DNA of 61,549 nt from the NCBI RefSeq assembly GCF_964213995.1, contig NW_027590347.1:372001-433549 (forward strand), written 5' to 3'. The translations under genes and the position numbers were made by a program. The notes under the pieces were generated by a model. It was not told the DNA's origin and searched no databases. It saw only the letters and a program-made list of their open reading frames with translations. Positions 36,845-48,438 of this stretch are shown one piece after another. Each line of letters begins with the position of its first letter. The stretch's first letter is position 1. Origin of the DNA: Mustelus asterias. Its lineage: Eukaryota.

Positions 36845-37357
36845 TTTTCAGATCGTATGAAATTTCTGCTGAAGCAGTTGTCCGGGGAGTTCAGATTAGA
36901 ACCAGGACCTGGGTTTAATATTCGGAAGAATTTACAAGGAGTCAAACGCCTGCTTCGTGTCCAACTGAAGCGTCTCTCTGTCGAACTGATGAAAGAAGCT
37001 GAGACTCGGGTTTTATCCGCCCACATTCACTGGCATCGATTCTACTGGAATCGGAGATGAAGAATTGAAGCCGGAATAAATAAACCCCATCAGTGACCCC
37101 ATGTTTCCGGTTACAAATCTCTTCCCACGTGTCTAACTAGGGAACCATTCGCCCTATCAGAACACTGAGTGAACCCAGCTCGGGGTGAATCCATTCACTG
37201 GCAGACAGTTCACCAGCTGCCAACCCCACAGCACCCCCGCGGACACAGGGAAATGCAGTGAGAGCATCCCGAGACACGGCAGCAAAATATACAGGGTGAA
37301 GTTTGGAAAGGGTGTCTTCAAATATCCAACTCCACTTTTACAGAGCAGACAACAACG

Positions 37358-37562
37358 ATGCTGCTACTCAGCATCTGGATTGTGCGGGGAACATTCCTGA
37401 CAGGTACTTATGGACCAAACGGAATTCATATTCACTTTAATTTTACTAACTTGTTTTTGAACTGAATTTTACGGATTCAGTCGGTCTGCTCTGTTTCCGT
37501 TCGAACATGTTTTTCTGATCTGGGTCATGGAGATTCTGTTACTCAGTCGCTGTCCTCAGAAT
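37358..37562 (+). pseudogene. Truncated V (leader plus ~45 nt of FR1, acceptor mutated)
   Basis: Leader 37358-37403 MLLLSIWIVRGTFLT; HGDSVTQSLSSE then homology ends. Confidence 0.8.
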
Positions 37563-37930
37563 AACAGACAGATTTTTAAACTGTCTATCACACTTTCCAA
37601 TCTCTTCCATTTCTATTTCAACAGTTTATTCATTTTCTGTCCACTTCTCCTATGATAACTGAACTTTCCTATGTTCTGTTTTCCTCTCACTCAGTCTAGT
37701 TTACATGTTCCCTCGTTCCTCTTCTCCATCTGTTTTCAACTATCTTCATTTTAACGGGATTTTAATAACTAGATTGTATGTTTTATTTTGTGTTGCGCTC
37801 ATTTCCTTTCTTTACGGATTTTTTTTTGTAATCACATCACTCACTCTACCGATACTCCAGACACAGCAGAGTGGCTCTCGCAGTCTGTGCAGGTTTTTGC
37901 ATGGGCTCTCCCTGTGTTTGTCACACTGTG

Positions 37931-38263
37931 GCTCACGGCGCAGAGATAGGTGGCAGTGTCTGTAACTCCGGCGTCTCTCACAGTCAGGGCACTGAATTTG
38001 TAGCCTCCACCGATTGAGGCTGTGATCCTCTCGCGTTGATCGGTTTCTCTTGTGGCCATCACCAGATGCTGGGGTGGCTGATTCGGGGACTGTCTGTACC
38101 AATACAAGCTGTTAAACGCAGTGATCGTGGTGCAGTTTATGGATACGGTTCCCCCTTCACTAACAACCTTCTGCCGAGGGAGCTGCATCACCTCATCTGC
38201 TCCAGTCACTCCCGTGCAGGTCAGAGTGAAACACAGCAAAGAGAATCTGTAAATTCGGAGCAT
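37931..38263 (-). CDS. TCR alpha/delta V segment with leader and V in a single exon, intact
   Basis: Continuous ORF MLRIYRFSLLCFTLTCTGVTG-ADEVMQ..INC..YWYRQSP..TYLCAVS; RSS CACAGTG(37924-37930)/23/GCAAAAACC. Confidence 0.88.
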
Positions 38264-38774
38264 TTTAAAGATCATATGAAATTTCTGCTGAGGCAGTTGT
38301 CCAGGGAGTTCAGGTTAGAACCAGGACAATGGTATAAAATTCGGAAGAATTTACAATGAGTCCAACACCCGCTTCAGGTCCACCTGAGGCGTCTCTCTGT
38401 CGAACTGATGAAAGAAGCTGAGACTCGGGTTTTATCCGCCCACACTCACGGATCGATTCTGCTGGAATCGGAGATGAAGAATTGAAGCCGGAATAAATAA
38501 ACCCCATCAGTGACCCCATGTTTCCGGTTACAAATCTCGTCCCACGTGTCTAACTAGGAAACCACTCGCCCTATCAGAACACTGAGTGAACCCAGCTCGG
38601 GGTGAATCCATTCACTGGCAGACAGTTCACCAGCTGCCAACCCCACAGCACCCCCGCGGACACAGGGAAATGCAGTGAGAGCATCCCGAGACACGGCAGC
38701 AAAATATACGGGGTGAGGTTTGGAAAGGGTGTCTGCAAATATCCAACTGCCCTTTTACAGAGCAGGCAAAGACA

Positions 38775-39235
38775 TTGCTCAGCACTTGGGTTGTTTGGGG
38801 AATATTCGTAACAAGTAATTGTGAACCAAACACATTTCATATTTACTTTAATTTTACAAACCTGATTCAAAATTAAATTTTAAGTATTCAGTCGGTCTGA
38901 TTTGTTTCTGTTTGCGCAGGTTTTTCAGATCTGAGTCATGGAGATTCTGTCACTCAGTCGCTGTCCTCAGAATTAAAGACGGAAGAAGAAACGTTGAGTT
39001 TAACCTGTATCTATGATATTACAATAATCAACTACGTGTTATCCTGGTACCGGCAACACCCAGACACACAGCGTATATTTATATTGAGGAAAAACTCGAT
39101 ATTTGGTGAAGATAAAGCAGATTTTGCTAAAAGCCGTTTCTCTGGAGAGCTTCAGACATCGAGTAAATTCACCAGTTTGACTATCTCTGGCCTGCAGCTG
39201 ACTGACGCTGCCTTGTATTACTGCGCTTTCAGCCT
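38775..39235 (+). pseudogene. TRAV/DV with open V exon but no leader ATG and a defective heptamer
   Basis: V exon 38929-39235 is open (LTCIY..SWYRQ..LYYCAFS); leader ending at 38814 has no in-frame ATG back to TGA at 38676; RSS CATCGTA(39236-39242)/23/ACAAAAACT. Confidence 0.82.
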
Positions 39236-40124
39236 CATCGTAATGGAGAGTAGTCTGACCGCTGTACAAAAACTGACTTTAACTATAGGTTGAACCGTGT
39301 CTGCTGCGGGTTGCACAGAATCGTGGGTAGATGCAGCCACAATGTAACTGTCAGCCACGCAAGAATCCTCATTAACCTGGGATCAGCCCAAGTGTTTCCA
39401 GTATCCTGCCACTTCAGTCATTGTGTCTCTATGAGTCTGTGAGATCTCTCAGTGGTGAGCTGGCTGATTTTGAAAGGAAACACCTCGAGCGGAGCTGCTT
39501 TCAGCACCTCGATCGTGGAACGGCTGCTCTTTTCCAGATGGGAATGCGGGAATGAAACCCTGCTCTGTAAATTAGCAGCTGCAAATTCTGGAATGCTCAT
39601 AGTAACAAAAACATTCCAGCATTCAGGAAACACTCTGAAGTTCACTGGGGGAATTCTATTCTCAATGTTTATTTTAAAGATCGCAGTCACTTCCTTGTGC
39701 AATCTCTTCATTATGGATACACTTTCTCTGAAGCAGCAAAACTCTCGTCGGGTCAAATAAACCCAGGGAACAGGCGGCGGGAAAAAGGCTTCAAAACCTG
39801 TTGGGGATTGAGTTGCTGAATATTAGACAGACACGGAAACTGGATCAAATGACAATTACTAAACTAAAGAGATCAAATAGATTGAAGAAGATCAGCGACA
39901 GTACAACTGCGAGTTGAAAGTAATTAAGACAATTCCTCAAAGTTCCTTATCTCTTGTTGAGGTTGTGTTTTGCTCTGATATTTTAGGAAGGCACCTGTGA
40001 TTCTCTCAGTGCAGAGTGAATTATTCTTTCTGTTTATCGGTGCGAGAGCACCCTCTGCTGGTACCTCACTGGAACCCCAGTGTGGGGTTTTGTCCGGGAA
40101 CCGCTCTATCTCTGCAGCAGTGTG

Positions 40125-40543
40125 GGCTCAATGGCACAGAAATACACAGCGCTGTCGGAGTGAAGAGCCCCGCCTTATTTAAAAGAGCGGTTTTGTTTCC
40201 TTTGTGCAAACAGCAGAAAGTCTGGCAAATCTTGAGACGAATCTCCCGCGCTGCATCCTCATTGAGTATTTCGGACCTTTTCTGGTAGACGGGATGTTTC
40301 AGAACAGAGTTGGTTCACGATAGGTTGTTGACTAACGACAGTCCGGTATTGTGCTCTGTCCTTCCTGAATTGTTAATTCAGAAGGAGCCTGTGACAACGA
40401 ATCATCGCTATTGGTTCCTATAACACAAATACAGTGTTCCAAAAGTCAGAAATTAAACACAACTCCTGGATAACACACTGACTGAACAGAGACTCGCCAG
40501 ACAGCAAGACCATTATTACCAGTAAGGAATAAGGGGGACACAT
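40125..40543 (-). pseudogene. TCR V pseudogene (clan of the 19.7k V)
   Basis: Leader 40543-40498 with GC donor, exon from 40417 with in-frame TAG and TGA; RSS CACACTG(40118-40124)/24/ACAAAACCC. Confidence 0.87.
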
Positions 40544-41929
40544 GGTAATTCCTTTAGAGTTCGACAGAAAAGTACAGGTTATTCTCGATGTATTGATTCT
40601 TTTAACCTGAACCTTTTAACTGTAACCCAGAACAGAATGTGGTTTCACTAACTCAGAAACTGAGGTTGTTTTTCAGGGATACGTCTGGCTGTTCTGTCAG
40701 TGCTGATCGAAGTGGCGCACCAACAGATGAGAGTCGGAGAGAATTATTTAGTCTGATTGCTTCGCTTTCTCTTTCTGACATTTTCAGGATTTCCGCCTCG
40801 CTTTTCTTGTCTCTGTCAGTTGTTCGTTCTGTCGCTCTTTTCGAAGTGTCATGAAAATGCGGAGTACAGAAAATCTAACTTGTCTCAGAATCTTATTCAA
40901 AAAATCCCGATAAGAAGTACTCTGTTAAAAGTAGCAAAAATATTTCTGTATTTCACAGGTAAATTTGAAATGACAACGGTTCGGCAAAATGCTTAATTCA
41001 GTGGGAATCGGAGCAAAATCAATCCCCTCGGCAGGCGGCACAATAACAGTTGAAATCTGCAAAGATTCATGTTGATTTGAATTCGTTTCATTCATTCTTT
41101 CTGGAGTGCACATTGGATAAACAGAATGAGCTATCAAGATGCAAAACAAGGAAAGCATTTATTCCATCTTCATAGTTATCTAAAATGAAGTGTGTGTTAC
41201 TGGGCATGATAATAATCATCTGCTGACATTATTATACATCGATGTTAAAATCCTGTAATTTATTCGGTCGCGCTGGCAAAATTATATCGTCCAGGTATCA
41301 TTAGCAACTTAAGCTTCAAAGAGCTTGGTACATCAAAGTGCAGCAACGTTTACCTACTATAATTTTGGATGGAATTTACATCTGATAACTACATCAAGTG
41401 TGTACATTAATCCCCAGATGCAATCGCCAGGCAATATCTCCCATGGGCAATGGGGAACAAAGTTCGCATAGAGTGGATGGTGACAAAAGGGAAAATGCGC
41501 CACCCCGACCTCCTGCTGCAAACTTTCATCCCTGACAATGTTATTCAATATTCACACTTCAGCAACCGGGTCCCAGGTCCAGCCATCGAGTGACTGAACC
41601 TCTCTGTGACTCACAGCGCCTGCAGTAAGTGAAAGCCGCCAGCAGATGGTGATATTGTATTATTTTAGTCACAAGACAGTGAAACTCCCGTTTCAACTCA
41701 CAGTTAGATTTTCTGGATATCAGTTTGACTGGAACAGTGCTGTTCCAAACTACCACCACCATCCCAAAGGTAACTAGCAAAGTGCAATAAATGCTTGACT
41801 CGGCATCGAAGCCCACACTCGGTAAGATTAATTTTTAAATGGTTTATTTTGGGGGCATTTGTGGCATCTCCTCCCCCAGTGGCCCAGAGTGAGGCAGAAT
41901 TGCTATTAGTTTCACCCTGTGTGAGCTGA

Positions 41930-44424
41930 CCGTCGCTTGTATCACTTTCTCAGGGTTCCCTTTGGTGTCACCAATGGGGTCTCGGTCTTCCAGCGTGCTA
42001 TGGACCGAATGGTGGACCAGAACGGGCTGCGGGCTACCTTCCCGTACCTGGATAATGTCACCATCTGCGGCCATGACCAGCAGGACCACGACACGAATCT
42101 CCTGAACTTCCTACGCACTGCATCTCGCCTGAACTTGACCTACAACAGGGAGAAGTGTGTGTTTCGTACGCGCCGTTTAGCCATCCGAGGATACGTGGTG
42201 GAAAACGGGGTCATTGGCCCTGATCCAGACCGTATGCGCCCCCTTTCTGAACTTCCCTTGCCTGCTAGTGCAACAGCACTGAGAAGATGCTTAGGCTTCT
42301 TCTCTTATTATGCACAGTGTGTTCCCAACTACGCGGATAAAGCCCGTCCGCTCATTAAGTCCACGACTTTTCCCTTAACGCCAGAGGCCCGATTGGCCTT
42401 CGATAAATTGAAAGCCGACATCGCGAAAGCTACGATGCACGCTGTAGACGAATCCATCCCCTTTCAGGTGGAGAGTGATGCATCTGATTTCGCCCTGGCC
42501 GCCACACTTAACCAGGCGGGCAGGCTCGTCGCATTTTTTTCCCGCACCCTCCAAGGCCCCGAAATTCGGCATTCAGCGGTGGAAAAGGAGGCCCAGGCCA
42601 TTGTGGAGGCCGTCAGGCACTGGCGCCATTACTTGGTGGGAAAACGGTTCACCCTGATCACGGACCAGCGGTCCGTGGCGTTCATGTTCAACAACACGCA
42701 GAGGGGCAAGATCAAGAATGACAAGATCTTGCGGTGGAGAATTGAACTCTCCACCTATAACTACGACATCATGTATAGTCCAGGGAAACTCAATGAGCCC
42801 TCGGATGCCCTCTCGCGTGGAACATGCGCTAGTATACAGGAGGACCGTTTGCACGCCCTCCATAATTACCTGTGCCATCCTGGGGTCACTCGGCTCTCCC
42901 ACTTTATAAAAGCCCGCAACCTGCCTTACTCGGTGGAGGACGTCAGGTCAGTAACAAGGAGCTGTCGGGTTTGCGCGGAATGCAAACCGCACTTTTACCG
43001 ACCTGACCGGGCACATTTAGTCAAGGCCACTCGTCCCTTCGAGAGACTGAGTGTCGATTTTAAGGGCCCCCTTCCTTCAACAGATCGGAATGTGTACTTC
43101 CTCAATATCATTGACGAGTACTCTCGGTTCCCTTTTGTTGTTCCCTGCTCTGATACATCCGCTGCCACAGTTATCAAGGCATTCCGTGATCTCTTTACCC
43201 TGTTCGGGTACCCTGGCTACATCCATAGCGACAGGGGCTCGTCGTTCATGAGCGATGACTTGAGGCAATTCCTGCTCTTCTACGGGATTGCCTCTAGTAG
43301 GACCACGAGCTACAACCCTAGGGGTAATGGACAGGTGGAATGCGAGAATGCTACAGTCTGGAAGGCTGTCTTACTGGCGTTGAAGTCAAAAGGTCTTCCA
43401 GTCTCCCGTTGGCAAGAGGTGCTCCCTGATGCGCTCCATTCTATTCGCTCCCTCCTGTGTACGGCAACCAACGCTACTCCCCATGAGAGGATGTTCTCAT
43501 TCCCTCGAAAGTCTTCCTCGGGGACCTCATTACCGTCTTGGTTGACGTACTCAGGACCCGTCCTCCTGCGGCGACATGTAAGGGCCCGCAAGTCCGACCC
43601 GTTGGTCGAACAGGTCCATCTCCCCCACGCCAACCCTCAGTATGCCTGTGTGGCATACCCTGACGGGCGAGAGGAGACGGTCTCGATCTGAGACCTGGCG
43701 CCAGCAGGGGATGTAGCAACCCCTGTCGCTCCCATACCCCCTGTAACAAACCCTTTATCTCTTGTTTCTTCCTCGAACACGGCGCGGGCAGCATCGGGAC
43801 CATTGCTTAACCATTTTACTCCCATGTACAGCTTGCCTGAGCCCAGAAGATGGTCGCCACCGCAGGGCGTGTCAGGATCCCATGGACTACCGTCACCTCA
43901 GGGTCAACCGGCCTGTGAGTCCGTGGAAGAACAGCTGGATGCCGCCTTGGGGAGAACGCCACCGCTAGTGCCTACTCCGGTGTCACCGCTGGTATTGAGC
44001 AGGTCACAACGACGGTGCAGTCCCCCTGACCGTTTGAACTTATAGACTGCTGACACTTTATTCTGTTTTTTGTACCCCACCGGCCTTTGTTCTCAAAGGA
44101 GGGGTGAATGTGGTGAACCATCGTTGGTTCCCACTGGATAGTGCTGAGCCAGGGGCTGGCCAGTACTACAAGGATGTACATATGTTACTGTTGGGTTGTG
44201 CTATTGTTACTGTTGGGGTTAGGGTGGGGTTGTTACACCTTTGTACTGTAGTGTTGTGGCACATCCCAGTCGGGCTCCGCCTCCTGGGAGAGGTATAAGA
44301 GTCCCTGCTCTGGCCGGGACCCCTTCAGTCTGGGATAGTGTATATAAGTTCTGGCAGCTTCGTTACAGTAAATAAAAGCCTTTCATTTACTGAGCTTCAG
44401 GCCTCGTGTTTGAGTAGCGCATCA
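41930..44424 (+). mobile_element. 5'-truncated Ty3/Gypsy LTR retrotransposon (RT-RNaseH-integrase, PPT, 3' LTR)
   Basis: pol ORF, polypurine tract ~44095-44108, LTR 44109-44424 (TG...CA, TATAA at ~44294, AATAAA at 44371). No 5' LTR or gag. Confidence 0.92.
41937..43691 (+). CDS. pol: Gypsy pol fragment (partial RT, RNase H, integrase)
   Basis: VPFG..FQR..YLDN (RT); SDAS..EKEA..TDQ (RNase H); H-HPG..C..C zinc finger and VDFKGP..DEYSRF..HSDRG..GNGQVE (integrase). Confidence 0.9.
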   Translation: MYHFLRVPFGVTNGVSVFQRAMDRMVDQNGLRATFPYLDNVTICGHDQQDHDTNLLNFLRTASRLNLTYNREKCVFRTRRLAIRGYVVENGVIGPDPDRMRPLSELPLPASATALRRCLGFFSYYAQCVPNYADKARPLIKSTTFPLTPEARLAFDKLKADIAKATMHAVDESIPFQVESDASDFALAATLNQAGRLVAFFSRTLQGPEIRHSAVEKEAQAIVEAVRHWRHYLVGKRFTLITDQRSVAFMFNNTQRGKIKNDKILRWRIELSTYNYDIMYSPGKLNEPSDALSRGTCASIQEDRLHALHNYLCHPGVTRLSHFIKARNLPYSVEDVRSVTRSCRVCAECKPHFYRPDRAHLVKATRPFERLSVDFKGPLPSTDRNVYFLNIIDEYSRFPFVVPCSDTSAATVIKAFRDLFTLFGYPGYIHSDRGSSFMSDDLRQFLLFYGIASSRTTSYNPRGNGQVECENATVWKAVLLALKSKGLPVSRWQEVLPDALHSIRSLLCTATNATPHERMFSFPRKSSSGTSLPSWLTYSGPVLLRRHVRARKSDPLVEQVHLPHANPQYACVAYPDGREETVSI

Positions 44425-44609
44425 ATCTCTAATGATGGAGACATTTCCATTGCAGAGGACACGGGGACCTGATTTTCTGCATCTATTGACCGGTCGAAAA
44501 ACAATGGGAATTTCACCATCCGTGAGCTGCGGCTGTCTGGCCGCGCGGTGTATTACTGCGGACTGAGAGACTCAGAGACAGAAACCAGAGGGAGCCCCGC
44601 ACCAAAACA
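44425..44609 (+). pseudogene. 3' half of a V segment abutting the LTR
   Basis: ISNDGDISIAEDTGT*FSASIDRSKNNGNFTIRELRLSGRAVYYCGLR; degenerate RSS CTCAGAG(44571-44577)/23/ACCAAAACA. Confidence 0.82.
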
Positions 44610-45530
44610 CTGCCGCAAAGTCACAGGGTGAACGGGGCAGAGAATGGTAATAATATTGAACTTCTTTAAATACAGCATGATGCGCTCTGTAGTGCCTCCA
44701 TACATTTTCAGTTTTTTCTGATATTCACAACAGGGGCCTGGGGGTATTATCCCGAGACGATTAATCCAGAGGCTCACCTAAAGTTCTGCAGACTCATTTC
44801 AATTAAAAAAATCTACAATTAAAAATCTAATTCACGAAAGTACTTGAGGGAAGGAAAACTGCATTCCTCTGGCCTCCATGTGACACCAGAGCCACTGCGA
44901 TGTGGTTGATTCTCAGCTAGCGATGGACAATAAATGCTGGCCAACCAATGGCACCCATGTCCCACACACAGAACAAACTTTCACTGGAATCACGGTTGAA
45001 ACTGTCCTGAAAGTAAGGCTAATGGACGTATTAAAAAAAAAAACAATGACAGAACTATTTAGCCTTCCTTAGCTTCCGGGTCACAGTAAGAAAATAAGCG
45101 GGTTTTTTGGAATGTCATTTATTGAGCATGTTGAATTTATGGAGCATAATCTCATCAAGAGCTATGCAGATAGCTCGGGAAAGTGGCGTTCAGGCTGATC
45201 AGCCCTGATCTAACTGAATGACAAAACAGAATCGAAGGGCAGAATGGCCGACTGCTGTTCCCACGTTCCTACACTCCATTTGTCCATTTTCTTCCCGACG
45301 TCAATCGTTAAATCTCGAAGTTTCCTCTGTAAGGATAGTGATTGCCATCCAGCTCACTGTGTGTCTGTTTACTGTCTGTTATCTCACCACCTGGGTGTCA
45401 CGCAGCTCCACTGGGGACAGAAGGGACGGAAGTGAGAACATCTGGAGGCAGGAAGCTGATTATTGAGGGTAAGGATTAGACTTGATGAAATCAAACACCC
45501 AGCTCCTCCTCTACAGAGCGGACAGCGACA

Positions 45531-45993
45531 ATGTGGCTGCTCGGTATGTGGGTAATGTGGGGACCATTCCTGACAGGTAATTATGTGCAAAATACATTGC
45601 ACCGTTTCTCACATTTCCCAAGCTTGGTTCCAGACCATTCTTTCATGATCCGCCCGTCTGAACATTTTCTGTTTTGTTAATTTCAGATCTGAGTCATGGA
45701 GATTCTGTCACCCAGTCGCTCTCATCAGATGTTAAGGGAGAAGGCGAGATCGTGACTTTAACCTGTGACTATCAAACCACAGAGAGCGACTATAGGCTGT
45801 ACTGGTACCGACAACTTCCAGACAAGCAGCCCGTGTTTATTCTGCGGAAAGATCCTGATGGTTATGAAGATAAAGCAGATGTTTTTAAAAGTCGGTTCTA
45901 TGTAGATCTCCAGGCCTCGAACAAATTCATCAGTTTAAATATATTCGACTTGAGCCTGACTGATGCTGCCACTTATTACTGCGCGTTCAGACG
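45531..45993 (+). CDS. TCR alpha/delta V segment, intact
   Basis: Leader 45531-45576 (MWLLGMWVMWGPFLT), V exon 45687-45993 (GDSVTQ..LTCDY..YWYRQ..TYYCAFR); RSS CACAGTG(45994-46000)/23/GCAAAAACC. Confidence 0.93.
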
Positions 45994-47524
45994 CACAGTG
46001 ATAGGAAGAAGACCCAGCTTCGTGCAAAAACCGGCTTACACTGGAGGAATGAGCCCGTGACGATTGAGGATTGCGTTATGGCCAGATGTTAACTGAGCTG
46101 TCAGCCTCTCAAACACACCACACACAGAGGAAATCAAGTTAACCTCAGATGAAACCACCATCTAACTGTTTCTAGCAGCAGTGGAGAAAACAAACTGCAG
46201 AATCCAATCTGTCAGGCAGATCCAGCACGGAACCAGACTCGACTCATTCTTCCAAAAGACAATCATGCCATTTTGTGGTCTTGCTCCACCAATCGGCGGT
46301 GAGCTGGAATCCAGTGAATGGAAATACATCGAGCTGCGATACAGTTAATGTCATGGTAATGGGAATATACCCATTGTTTGCGAGTGAACTCTATAAAGCA
46401 TTGTATTCTAATGTCATTGGGTAGTCTGAGGAAGGCATTTAGGACAATATGGATCGTCAACATGGCTCCTCAATGTCGCAGAAAGAGAAAGAGAGAGGAT
46501 GGATGGAAAGAGAGGAAGAGAGAGAGAGAGGTGTCCATTATTTGGTTCAAATTTGCGACAAGTTCAATGTAACCGGCACATATTTGGATTCCCCAATCCC
46601 TTTACTCCAGGGTCAGAGTGACGGGAATTTCTGACTGAGAATTAAACATTCCCACTGCCTGCTGCGCTGATACCGTTTGTAACCATCACCACACCGACTA
46701 CACTGGAAATGACATTCCTGAGGTTCGCAAGTCCCATTTCACTTCTGGAGCCTGTGAAAGGCGTCACATCAGTAAACGTAAGTTCTCTTTTTTCGAGGGA
46801 TACTTGTTTGTAGAGGTTGCATTCATTGTCTTTCTGTTTCCACGGGGACCGATAATGTTTATTTTTAATTTCATTTTCGTTATTTCAGTTTGTTTTTCCC
46901 AGATTGGGTTAACGACTGGTCACCACGCCCTGAGACTTCCCGAATACTGTCCTCCAGTCCCTTCAGAGATTATTTCCACTCCAGGGGACACCGGCAATCT
47001 ATCCAGAACAATACTCCGGGAATTTACCGAGGAGACAGTGCAGTGCTTAGAAATGCTGCACTGTCAGAGCTGCCAGCCTCGCGGTGACCTGTTAAATCTG
47101 GGGCACCGTCTTCCCTCTCAGGTGGAGGTGCCACATGGTCACTGTTTCCAAAAAGAGCAAGAGAAACATCCTGTTCGATATCTGTTCACCAGTCGCAGTG
47201 ACTGACACAGCCAGAGCACTGCAATATTACTGAATGAAATAATATGCTGAGTCCAAATTAGCTGCTGTGTTTACGACATAAAACACTTCGGGACATTACA
47301 ATTTACAAATATTATCATGCTCATACTTTTAAGTGCCCCGGTGTTTAAATTTTGCAATATATTTGTTATTCATAAAAATATTCTCAGTGAAAGATTGAGA
47401 AATCACCACGATTTCAGGTTCCATTTCAGACTCACTCTGATCCAATGTTTGCCTCACGCTCTGTTATGCTGAGCGAGGCTCTGATAGTTTTTGTACAGGT
47501 TCAGCCCAGCTCTGTGTCTCTGTG

Positions 47525-48438
47525 GGACTCAGTGCGCAGTAATAAACCCCGGAGTCTGCCAGCTCTGTTTTCGACACTTTCAACGGGACGGTGCGGATTG
47601 TATCATTGAGTTCCGCTGAAAAACGTTCCCCTGAGGACATCTCTGTGTTGCCACTGTATTTATACCTCTTCAGCAGAAACTCCATGGACCCACTGGAATG
47701 CTGACGGTACCAGAATAAATAAGGAGTGCTAGTACTTGTAGCTGTATAATTACAGAGCAACTGAACAATATTTCCTTCAGTAACGGTGACTGCAGCCGGT
47801 GTCTGTGAAACAGAATCTCCTCCACAGTGTCCTGTAAGAACGCAAAGGAATATTAATCTAAACAATGCGACTTCACTCTGCCCCCCACGAACCCCCCCCC
47901 CCCCCCACTCCTAGAATCTGCCGTAATCTTGAACAATAATCTCAGAAAGAAATCACACAGCACAACAAAACATATATTTCACAGTTCAGCGGCTAGAAAG
48001 GGAAGGGCTTGTGGGGATTAAATAAAACTTCCACCATAAACATTCTGTTCTTTCTAAAGAGATCAGTTCCTCGCCTTCAGTCCCTGTAACTGGAAACCGC
48101 TCACGGTCTGTCTGTCTGAAGTGTGGTGTTTGCCAAAATCATTCACTGGTATCAGAGGAGCTTCAATCTGAGCCCAACTCATTCCCTCTCATTCCATGGG
48201 AGAAATGTGCCCAATCCCAACAGTGCTCAGTGTTGAGACCAGCGAGATCATGATAATGTTTCGATGTTGTGATCAATCCATTCCCTGATCACCCACCCCC
48301 TCCCCCTTGCATTGAGCGAACCACCTGACAGAATATATTATGTGGGAATGATGTACAACACAGAATTGAGCAACTTGTGAACCTACCGGTTAAAAGAGCT
48401 GTCGCTATGAGGAATAAATACAGAGTAACAGGAGACAT
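47525..48438 (-). CDS. TCR alpha/delta V segment, intact (family of 17.3k/27.6k)
   Basis: Leader 48438-48387, V exon 47831-47525 (..VYYCALSP); RSS CACAGAG(47518-47524)/23/ACAAAAACT. Confidence 0.93.
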
